Below, piece by piece: positions 23,301 through 32,537 of a stretch of 32,537 bases of DNA. Positions within the stretch are counted from its first letter, which is position 1; every line of letters starts with the position of its first letter. This stretch comes from Nemertoderma westbladi (Eukaryota; Animalia; Xenacoelomorpha), in assembly GCA_032718475.1 (NCBI GenBank), contig JAUCBJ010003253.1:1-32537 (forward strand), in the 5' to 3' direction. The translations under genes were made by a program, and so were the position numbers. The notes beneath the pieces were generated by a model. That model worked only from the letters and a program-made list of their open reading frames with translations. It was not told the origin of the DNA and did no database searches.

Positions 23301-26300
23301 GTGGAACGTTCCAGGGAACTGTTCCTAGCTCTAGGACAGTGGAACGTTCCAGGGAACTGTTCCTAGCTCTAGGACAGTGGAACGTTCCAGGGAACTGTTC
23401 CTAGCTCTAGGACAGTGAAAACGTTCCAGGGAACTGTTCCTAGCTCTAGGACAGTGAAAACGTTCCGGGGAACTGTTCCTAGCTCTAGGACATTGGAACG
23501 TTCCAGGGAACTGTTCCTAGCTCTAGGACATTGGAACGTTCCAGGGAACTGTTCCTAGCTCTAGGACATTGGAACGTTCCAGGGAACTGTTCCTAGCTCT
23601 AGGACAGTGAAAACGTTCCAGGGAACTGTTCCTAGCTCTAGGACATTGGAACGTTCCAGGGAACTGTTCCTAGCTCTAGGACAGTGGAACGTTCCAGGGA
23701 ACTGTTCCTAGCTCTAGGACAGTGGAACGTTCCAGGGAACTGTTCCTAGCTCTAGGACAGTGAAAACGTTCCAGGGAACTGTTCCTAGCTCTAGGACAGT
23801 GAAAACGTTCCAGGGAACTGTTCCTAGCTCTAGGACAGTGAAAACGTTCCAGGGAACTGTTCCTAGCTCTAGGACAGTGGAACGTTCCAGGGAACTGTTC
23901 CTAGCTCTAGGACATTGGAACGTTCCAGGGAACTGTTCCTAGCTCTAGGACAGTGGAACGTTCCAGGGAACTGTTCCTAGCTCTAGGACAGTGGAACGTT
24001 CCAGGGAACTGTTCCTAGCTCTAGGACAGTGGAACGTTCCAGGGAACTGTTCCTAGCTCTAGGACAGTGAAAACGTTCCGGGGAACTGTTCCTAGCTCTA
24101 GGACATTGGAACGTTCCAGGGAACTGTTCCTAGCTCTAGGACAGTGAAAACGTTCCAGGGAACTGTTCCTAGCTCTAGGACATTGGAACGTTCCAGGGAA
24201 CTGTTCCTAGCTCTAGGACATTGGAACGTTCCAGGGAACTGTTCCTAGCTCTAGGACATTGGAACGTTCCAGGGAACTGTTCCTAGCTCTAGGACAGTGA
24301 AAACGTTCCAGGGAACTGTTCCTAGCTCTAGGACAGTGGAACGTTCCAGGGAACTGTTCCTAGCTCTAGGACATTGGAACGTTCCAGGGAACTGTTCCTA
24401 GCTCTAGGACATTGGAACGTTCCAGGGAACTGTTCCTAGCTCTAGGACATTGGAACGTTCCAGGGAACTGTTCCTAGCTCTAGGACAGTGGAACGTTCCA
24501 GGGAACTGTTCCTAGCTCTAGGACATTGGAACGTTCCAGGGAACTGTTCCTAGCTCTAGGACATTGGAACGTTCCAGGGAACTGTTCCTAGCTCTAGGAC
24601 AGTGGAAACGTTCCAGGGAACTGTTCCTAGCTCTAGGACAGTGAAAACGTTCCAGGGAACTGTTCCTAGCTCTAGGACAGTGGAACGTTCCAGGGAACTG
24701 TTCCTAGCTCTAGGACATTGGAACGTTCCAGGGAACTGTTCCTAGCTCTAGGACATTGGAACGTTCCAGGGAACTGTTCCTAGCTCTAGGACATTGGAAC
24801 GTTCCAGGGAACTGTTCCTAGCTCTAGGACAGTGGAACGTTCCAGGGAACTGTTCCTAGCTCTAGGACATTGGAACGTTCCAGGGAACTGTTCCTAGCTC
24901 TAGGACAGTGGAACGTTCCAGGGAACTGTTCCTAGCTCTAGGACAGTGGAACGTTCCAGGGAACTGTTCCTAGCTCTAGGACAGTGAAAACGTTCCAGGG
25001 AACTGTTCCTAGCTCTAGGACATTGGAACGTTCCAGGGAACTGTTCCTAGCTCTAGGACAGTGGAACTGTTCCTAGCTCTAGGCCAGTAAAAACGTTCCA
25101 GGGAACTGTTCCTAGCTCTAGGACATTGGAACGTTCCAGGGAACTGTTCCTAGCTCTAGGACATTGGAACGTTCCAGGGAACTGTTCCTAGCTCTAGGAC
25201 AGTGGAACGTTCCAGGGAACTGTTCCTAGCTCTAGGACATTGGAACGTTCCAGGGAACTGTTCCTAGCTCTAGGACAGTGGAACGTTCCAGGGAACTGTT
25301 CCTAGCTCTAGGACATTGGAACGTTCCAGGGAACTGTTCCTAGCTCTAGGACAGTGGAACGTTCCAGGGAACTGTTCCTAGCTCTAGGACAGTAGAACGT
25401 TGCAGGGAACTGTTCCTAGCTCTAGGACAGTGGAACGTTCCAGGGAACTGTTCCTAGCTCTAGGACAGTAGAACGTTCCAGGGAACTGTTCCTAGCTCTA
25501 GGACAGTGGAACGTTCCAGGGAACTGTTCCTAGCTCTAGGACAGTGGAACGTTCCAGGGAACTGTTCCTAGCTCTAGGACATTGGAACGTTCCAGGGAAC
25601 TGTTCCTAGCTCTAGGACAGTGGAACGTTCCAGGGAACTGTTCCTAGCTCTAGGACAGTGGAACGTTCCAGGGAACTGTTCCTAGCTCTAGGACATTGGA
25701 ACGTTCCAGGGAACTGTTCCTAGCTCTAGGACATTGGAACGTTCCAGGGAACTGTTCCTAGCTCTAGGACAGTGGAACGTTCCAGGGAACTGTTCCTAGC
25801 TCTAGGACATTGGAACGTTCCAGGGAACTGTTCCTAGCTCTAGGACAGTGGAACGTTCCAGGGAACTGTTCCTAGCTCTAGGACAGTGGAACGTTCCAGG
25901 GAACTGTTCCTAGCTCTAGGACATTGGAACGTTCCAGGGAACTGTTCCTAGCTCTAGGACATTGAAACGTTCCAGGGAACTGTTCCTAGCTCTAGGACAT
26001 TGGAACGTTCCAGGGAACTGTTCCTAGCTCTAGGACAGTGGAACGTTCCAGGGAACTGTTCCTAGCTCTAGGACATTGGAACGTTCCAGGGAACTGTTCC
26101 TAGCTCTAGGACAGTGAAAACGTTCCAGGGAACTGTTCCTAGCTCTAGGACATTGGAACGTTCCAGGGAGCTCTAGGACATTGGAACGTTCCAGGGAACT
26201 GTTCCTAGCTCTAGGACAGTGGAACGTTCCAGGGAACTGTTCCTAGCTCTAGGACAGTGGAACGTTCCAGGGAACTGTTCCTAGCTCTAGGACAGTGAAA

Positions 26301-27550
26301 ACGTTCCAGGGAACTGTTCCTAGCTCTAGGACATTGGAACGTTCCAGGGAACTGTTCCTAGCTCTAGGCCATTGGAACGTTCCAGGGAACTGTTCCTAGC
26401 TCTAGGACATTGGAACGTTCCAGGGAACTGTTCCTAGCTCTAGGACAGTGGAACGTTCCAGGGAACTGTTCCTAGCTCTAGGACAGTGGAACGTTCCAGG
26501 GAACTGTTCCTAGCTCTAGGACAGTGAAAACGTTCCAGGGAACTGTTCCTAGCTCTAGGACATTGGAACGTTCCAGGGAACTGTTCCTAGCTCTAGGACA
26601 GTGGAACGTTCCAGGGAACTGTTCCTAGCTCTAGGACAGTGGAACGTTCCAGGGAACTGTTCCTAGCTCTAGGACAGTGGAACGTTCCAGGGAACTGTTC
26701 CTAGCTCTAGGACAGTGAAAACGTTCCAGGGAACTGTTCCTAGCTCTAGGACATTGGAACGTTCCAGGGAACTGTTCCTAGCTCTAGGCCATTGGAACGT
26801 TCCAGGGAACTGTTCCTAGCTCTAGGACATTGGAACGTTCCAGGGAACTGTTCCTAGCTCTAGGACAGTGGAACTGTTCCTAGCTCTAGGCCAGTAAAAA
26901 CGTTCCAGGGAACTGTTCCTAGCTCTAGGACATTGGAACGTTCCAGGGAACTGTTCCTAGCTCTAGGACAGTAGAACGTTGCAGGGAACTGTTCCTAGCT
27001 CTAGGACAGTGGAACGTTCCAGGGAACTGTTCCTAGCTCTAGGACAGTGGAACGTTCCAGGGAACTGTTCCTAGCTCTAGGACATTGGAACGTTCCAGGG
27101 AACTGTTCCTAGCTCTAGGACATTGGAACGTTCCAGGGAACTGTTCCTAGCTCTAGGACATTGAAACGTTCCAGGGAACTGTTCCTAGCTCTAGGACATT
27201 GGAACGTTCCAGGGAACTGTTCCTAGCTCTAGGACAGTGGAACGTTCCAGGGAACTGTTCCTAGCTCTAGGACATTGGAACGTTCCAGGGAACTGTTCCT
27301 AGCTCTAGGACAGTGGAACGTTCCAGGGAACTGTTCCTAGCTCTAGGACATTGGAACGTTCCAGGGAACTGTTCCTAGCTCTAGGACAGTGGAACGTTCC
27401 AGGGAACTGTTCCTAGCTCTAGGACATTGGAACGTTCCAGGGAACTGTTCCTAGCTCTAGGACAGTGGAACGTTCCGGGGAACTGTTCCTAGCTCTAGGA
27501 CATTGGAACGTTCCAGGGAGCTCTAGGACATTGGAACGTTCCGGGGAACG
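17307..27550. repeat. 38-bp tandem satellite GGAACGTTCCAGGGAACTGTTCCTAGCTCTAGGACA(G/T)T, ~270 copies, starting inside the CDS
   Basis: Read directly; 39-bp (CAGTAAAAAC, CAGTGAAAAC) and 28-bp deletion variants occur. The unit is made of three palindromes. Confidence 0.99.
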
Positions 27551-27551
27551 A

Positions 27552-27638
27552 TTCAACCCTAAACCTAACTGTAAACCTGGTTTTCAACCCTACCTGTGGC
27601 CATTGGCTATATTGGCCCCAGGTAGGTTTAGGGTTGAA
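27552..27638. repeat. Hairpin with 16-bp perfect inverted repeat directly after the satellite
   Basis: TTCAACCCTAAACCTA (27552-27567) / TAGGTTTAGGGTTGAA (27623-27638); inner CTACCTG-TGGCCA / TGGCC-CCAGGTAG. Confidence 0.85.
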
Positions 27639-28008
27639 GACACTTTTTATCTAGGGTTTCGATTGCCGAAGGTTGGTTATAGCTAATGCTAATTAAAAAT
27701 ATTTGGTGGAAAGTGATCCGTTTTGGTGCAAAGGTTAATTTAATTGGTGATGTTGAAGTAAATCGTAGCCAAAATAAAACCATACACGTTATATTAGTTC
27801 TTCTACACGTTCTATTGACATTAATTAATTTATTGATGGATTTCATTTAGAACCTTTCCCTTCGGGAGCGAACCTCCCGTTCGCTGTACACCGTATTCGC
27901 TCCAACTCGTCGTTGTTCCGGCTGTCCGGGTACCCCGTTCGCCGTATTCGCTACTCCTTGCCGTTACAAGCATTACCCCAAGCACCAAGTACTCTCCGTT
28001 TGCCATAT

Positions 28009-29639
28009 CCCTTTCGATCCCAAAGTACCATACCATATATGGGCACCAACATTTAGGGTATAAATTGCATTCAAAGAAACTTTAAATTCAGGGACTATTG
28101 CATTTAATTAGAAAAAAAAATACATGGATTTGCTCAAAACGTAATTTTACAGTACTGCCATTGCCAACAAGTCCCCGATATTGGCTACTTCATAATAGCT
28201 GTTCTTGGCAATATTTTTCCTGAAATATTGACAGTTCCCAATCACTACAATGGATGGTACACCTCTTGAAAAAAATATGAGCAAATTGGCTGACATCTCC
28301 ACTAACATTTCCAACCAATAACAATAGGCCATTACCAAATCACTGAATGAGCTGATTAGTTTAAACAGGTGGGCATATATGGGCCACCGGGCATGTACTG
28401 TACAGTATGATTAGATTTTTTTTATACTACTGCTCTACAGCACTATATTGCAGTATTGCCATTCTGTGTTACTGTAATATTCAGCAATTAAGTACAGTAG
28501 GATGGTAAATGGCCTAGTGCTAGTACCTAGTTAGCTCGGGCGCCGGACTGTGTAGTGTAACGAACATTCAACAATGATGTCGGATAGATGATAGGCCTAT
28601 CTTGGTACACCGCCATTTTTGCTGGTACTGACCGGTATGTTTTACAGAGCTGCAGAGCTATCTATTTCATCAGTTAGGTAGGCCTATAGTAATATTGGAG
28701 GTAGGCCTACCTACACCCACGCTGTAGGGTGTTGCTCTCTGGTTGGGCAGATATACCGGTACAGTGTAGCGTAACAATACAGCAATATGCCTATGGATGG
28801 AGACATTATTATTCGTCCCAAAGGAAATGGAAGAAGTGAAACTCAGTTAGTTGTTCTCCTGGATGCGGATGATTTGTTGTCCTTTACAGAAGCCATATCA
28901 ACATCTTTGCTTTTCCTCGATAAGATGCCGCCATCGCTGGTGAGGAAGCGAGGCCGTCCAGGAGGAGACTCTGCTACCTCTAGTCCAGCACCAAGTGTCT
29001 CGGGGGAGTTTATGGGATTTGAGACTGATAGAGTGTCAACTCCACGTCACCATAGGTCGAATGCCCCTTCTCCTGCCATGGATATACGGCATGATATAAT
29101 TGCCCATTTCCCTGGGATGGTCCCAGTATCTGATCGACAGCGCTGCCGTCACTGCGGCATGAAATCACAGATATCATGTCTTAAATGCTCTATCTTCCTG
29201 TGTATACGACCGGATCGAAACTGCTTTCTAGACTACCATTGTATAGGGTATGATTGAACTGTATTATTGAACTCTGGTATGATTATTGATTATGTGAATT
29301 ATTGCCTAATACATTGAATTAGGTGAACTAAAAAATAATACATACACATACCAACGAACCAACAACAGGCATAGAATCTAGTAATTGTTATATTGTTATC
29401 AATATTTCAATATTTTTATTATTAATTAAACAAGGAAATGCATTTTTCACGAATTTTTTAATTTAAATAAATTTACCCCAAGATCCCGTTGTACCATATA
29501 TGGAACGTCTCTAAACTGAATGAAGATAATATGAATATTATTTAATTTTCATCTTACTAGTTCATTTGTATCCCAATTAAGGTATTTTGACAAAAAAATA
29601 ATTTTATTTACCACAGAAATTAATTCGGGATCGAAAGGG
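28009..29639 (+). mobile_element. Internally deleted piggyBac-family transposon, 1631 bp, ATAT target duplication
   Basis: ATAT|CCCTTTCGATCCC ... GGGATCGAAAGGG|ATAT (13-bp TIR with CCC ends), subterminal CCATATATGG palindromes (~28032, ~29494) and an internal transposase C-terminal ORF. Confidence 0.88.
28787..29257 (+). CDS. piggyBac transposase C-terminal remnant (Cys-rich domain), 156 aa, no DDD catalytic domain
   Basis: DLLSFTEAISTSL (post-catalytic helix), RKRGRP and DIRHDIIAHFP...RQRCRHC..KSQISCLKCSIFLC....NCFLDYH, typical of PGBD-type C-termini; lies within the TIRs. Confidence 0.8.
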   Translation: MPMDGDIIIRPKGNGRSETQLVVLLDADDLLSFTEAISTSLLFLDKMPPSLVRKRGRPGGDSATSSPAPSVSGEFMGFETDRVSTPRHHRSNAPSPAMDIRHDIIAHFPGMVPVSDRQRCRHCGMKSQISCLKCSIFLCIRPDRNCFLDYHCIGYD

Positions 29640-30425
29640 ATATTCGCTAGTTCTTGCCGTTGTCCCGGGTACTCTCCGTTCGCCATATAAATAAACAAGT
29701 ATGCCAAGTGCTGGAAAGCTTGTCCTTGTACCGGTAACTGCTGCACAGTACTACAGTACTAATGTAGCAGTAGTACCTGTGTAATAAACTGCCTAATTTG
29801 TACTGTAATTTACACAAAGATAGTATTGGGTCTCTGAATGTTGGTAACAATGGGATCCGGAGACGTACAGTGACGTCACGACCAATCACAGATCGTTTTC
29901 AAATGTTGAATAATTTTTAAACTGAAAACACCAATATCTCGGCTATTTTAGCATCTTATTGAATTCTGTAAACGGCATTGTGTTTCTGTGATATTATTGC
30001 ATCTAATTAATCTGGTTTTGAATTTGAGTCGTGAACCCCATTGATAATTTAACATTGGGACGGGATATTAATTCGGCGAAGTCCACGTCCACTCCCCCCC
30101 CCCCCCCCCCCCCCCCGGACTCTAATGTGTATTATTTTAATGGTTAATGGTTGAGGAGACACTGTTCCATAATATGGAATCATTAATAAAGCCCGATTTT
30201 TATACGCATTATAATATTTTGAATAAAAATTTACATAGGCCTACCAAAGTGGAACTTGTAATGCCATCCCATCATTAATGGTGACAGTTTGCATTGAGAT
30301 GGTTTGTCCAGACATTGAGACAGTTTGTTTGTAGTTCATGGCAGTTTGGGGCGAAATGGACGAGTTTAAGTAAATTAACAGTTTATAGTGTTAGCAGTAT
30401 GTCAAATGAAAAATTATCACTTTAC

Positions 30426-30485
30426 CTCAGCTGATGATGACGCGTTAAGATTTTTTGGAGGAGTTTGGCAACAAGTCGTGTCCTC
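30426..30485 (-). CDS. Possible 60-bp exon of the GRAF-like gene (EDTTCCQTPPKNLNASSSAE)
   Basis: TTGTTACGCAG acceptor, GAG|GTAAAG donor, open in the phase required after MDGKEP; no conserved motif to confirm it. Confidence 0.4.
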
Positions 30486-30864
30486 CTGCGTAACAAATCA
30501 CAGATGATAATCCATATTGAAGTCTTTCAGCATTCCGAAGTATTACGTTACTGTTTGTCTAGGTTTACGTTTCTATCACTGTATTTATTTTACGAGTAAC
30601 TTTTCAATTATACAGATGGCAACTCGTGGCAATTGGCAGTAGTGTTAAGTTAAATCTAATTCCAAAATTAGGAAACCAACGTCTTACAGCCATGTTCACG
30701 GACACTTATACTCCCCAGTTTATGGTTAATTCACTATTAGCCACCCAGTCAATATTTGTAGAGATGATAATCCTGGTGATTAATTTTCGCACGACCAGAT
30801 TAGATAAGCATTAACATCAAATCAACGCTAAAAATTAATTTTATAATTCTAATAAATTACTTAC

Positions 30865-31136
30865 AGGCTCTTTCCCGTCCATTGCTTGTATCCACTCCCT
30901 CCTGTCGCCATCACTCAGTGCTTGCAGCGTTATTGTCCCTTGCCGTCCATTAACGGTGATATCGAAACAGAATCTCTTATCAGTGCTGTCTGAAGCTCTT
31001 CTAATACACGAGTTTATTGGCACTGTCTCTGTACTCACTATTTTACCAGCCGTCTGGCTGTATTGTTGCATCGATAAAAGTTTCTGATCTTTCTGATATA
31101 TACAGTAATTTTTAACCCAAGTTGATCCAATAGGCC
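30865..31136 (-). CDS. Graf: PH-domain exon of an oligophrenin-1/GRAF (ARHGAP26/10/42 family) RhoGAP
   Basis: PIGSTWVKNYC...SCIRRASDSTDKRFCFDI...TITLQALSDGDRREWIQAMDGKEP. Acceptor TTTTCAG and donor GTAAGT; phase-1 join to the upstream exon gives YEK-R-PIG. Confidence 0.93.
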
Positions 31137-31440
31137 CTGAAAAGCAAATCATGGTATATTATAGTACATACAATAATTATGAGATATTTAAATATTCTAA
31201 TATATGTACCAGAATGTGACGCAGAGTGCACAACATTCATATTGAGGCGCCGCATTTCCAAAACTCAAAACCTACAACTCCGCCGTATAAAGCTTCGGGC
31301 CATTTACAGCTATCCCAATGAGAATCAGTCTGTACGTACATCGTAGAACTTGTATATAGTGTATGTCTGACTAGGTGGATTGGGGGGTGGGGGGGGGGGG
31401 GGTTGTTTATGCCTGTGGCAATGCCCCATAGTGCATTGAA

Positions 31441-31815
31441 CTGTGGTTACGATTATTTAGAGCAGCAGTAGTTCCAGTACTCCTCTACGGGAGTCCATGC
31501 TGGGCTCTAACTGCTGAGGACACCAAATCTCTGGATGGCACATTCACAAGAATGCTACGCCGGGTTCATTGTGTCAAGTACAATGCACACATCTCCAACC
31601 AGACACTATATAACATTGGAGGTGTCTCATTGGTTCCCCCAAGCTTGACACTAGAACAAAATCGACTCCGCTTTGCAGGACATTGCTTTCGCCGTGAGGA
31701 CCAGCCAGTGCATAATCTTGTACTTTGGCAGCCTCATGGAGTGAATACGCATGGTGGGCAGCCCATGACTTTCTTAAGACGCATCTTAAAGGGCACTGGC
31801 CATATCACGACATGA
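31441..31815 (+). mobile_element. RTE-like non-LTR retrotransposon ORF C-terminal fragment in a Graf intron
   Basis: The frame extends upstream of the listed ORF: LRLFRAAVVPVLLYGSPCWALT...LDGTFTRMLRRV...HISNQTLY...RLRFAGHCFRR, the typical post-RT region of RTE LINEs. Confidence 0.85.
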
Positions 31816-32319
31816 ACAATAAAGGGGAGGCATTATATAGATTACCAGTAATAATAACTTATGATGAATGACTTGACATCTTGAATGACCATAATAATAA
31901 TTTGACTTTAGATTTTGACTATAAAAACAATTTTTTTTATTGACCCGAGGGGATGCATGTGTTTTTATGAAAGAGCGACCTTTACTAAAGTGATAAAGAA
32001 ACAGCTGCATGGAACAGGAAATTAAGAAAAAATGAAATATAATTCGATAAATTCAACCTTTCAGTAGGAATACAATCGATAAATCACAACTAGAGGCATT
32101 CCGAATTCACCACCTTCATCCATATTCTAATAATATGAAATATCCTAAATTGAAGACACCCCAGCAAGCTAAGATTTGGATCTTCTGCAGAATACACCAC
32201 CACCCCCGCCCCATCATATTGTGAGGTTAATGAAGTATCATATTGACATCAGTTTATACAAATTAATGTATGGTTTATTGAATAAATTAACATGGATTAT
32301 TTCGATTTAAAAAACTAAC

Positions 32320-32537
32320 TCTTTTCATAAATGTAAAGGTAACCCTCGTGCACTGGTTTCGGCTTCAATGTGGTCCCCTCTCTAGCTAATATCTTTGCCA
32401 TTAACTGCATGGCTTCTTCTTTGGTGACGTCATAACGTTCGCGGGTTGTTTGAACCTTACTAATTAGTTCGTCGAGGTACGGTTTCTCTTCATGTACAAC
32501 CTCGAAGGCGTGATGGTAAATAGTTTGCCAACTGAGC
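32320..32537 (-). CDS. Graf: BAR-domain end / PH start exon of the oligophrenin-1/GRAF-like gene (open at window edge)
   Basis: My translation: LSWQTIYHHAFEVVHEEKPYLDELISKVQTTRERYDVTKEEAMQLMAKILAREGTTLKPKPVHEGYLYIYEK, then donor GTTAGT. It resembles the GRAF YHH..E..Q.TR..EGYLY.EK segment. Confidence 0.9.

Noticed and set aside
1-27550. CRISPR-like appearance of the 34-bp and palindromic 38-bp arrays
   Set aside because: Units are head-to-tail with no unique spacers, there are no cas genes, and the context is eukaryotic.
17307-27550. TTC-N4-GAA (STAT-like) and GAAnnTTC (heat-shock-like) motifs in every unit
   Set aside because: Short motifs that follow from the palindromic unit; no third in-phase HSE unit and no evidence of binding.
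19977-27686. ORFs in the 38-bp satellite
   Set aside because: Chance runs of indel variants that skip the TAG; non-ATG starts.
29870-29890. GTGACGTCAC (CRE-like) next to CCAATCA as a promoter
   Set aside because: No adjacent gene start; such motifs are common in degenerate MITEs.
30094-31402. Poly-C (30094-30116) and poly-G (31382-31402) runs as paired elements
   Set aside because: Simple homopolymers without flanking similarity.

Overview
AT-rich animal (probably invertebrate) genomic DNA, about half of it satellite. Left to right: (1) a 34-bp satellite (1-5900); (2) a 5'-truncated Penelope-like retroelement (RT C-terminus + GIY-YIG, minus strand) with a minimal hammerhead ribozyme in its 3' region; (3) two copies of an intronless, divergent kynurenine-aminotransferase-like (PLP class I/II) gene, the first frameshifted and the second intact but with a MITE abutting its ATG; (4) between them, a non-autonomous PIF/Harbinger-type element with ~700-bp terminal inverted repeats and a Myb/SANT-like pseudogene; (5) a ~10.2-kb 38-bp palindromic satellite whose unit is the last coding helix and stop codon of that gene (under 2 units in copy 1, ~270 in copy 2); (6) an internally deleted piggyBac with an ATAT target duplication that keeps only its Cys-rich C-terminal ORF; (7) minus-strand BAR/PH exons of an oligophrenin/GRAF RhoGAP gene with an RTE-like LINE fragment in an intron. 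The most striking observation is the apparent birth of a satellite from a protein-coding 3' end, with the unexpanded seed preserved in the neighbouring paralog. All family calls come from motifs recognised by eye; no searches were run.
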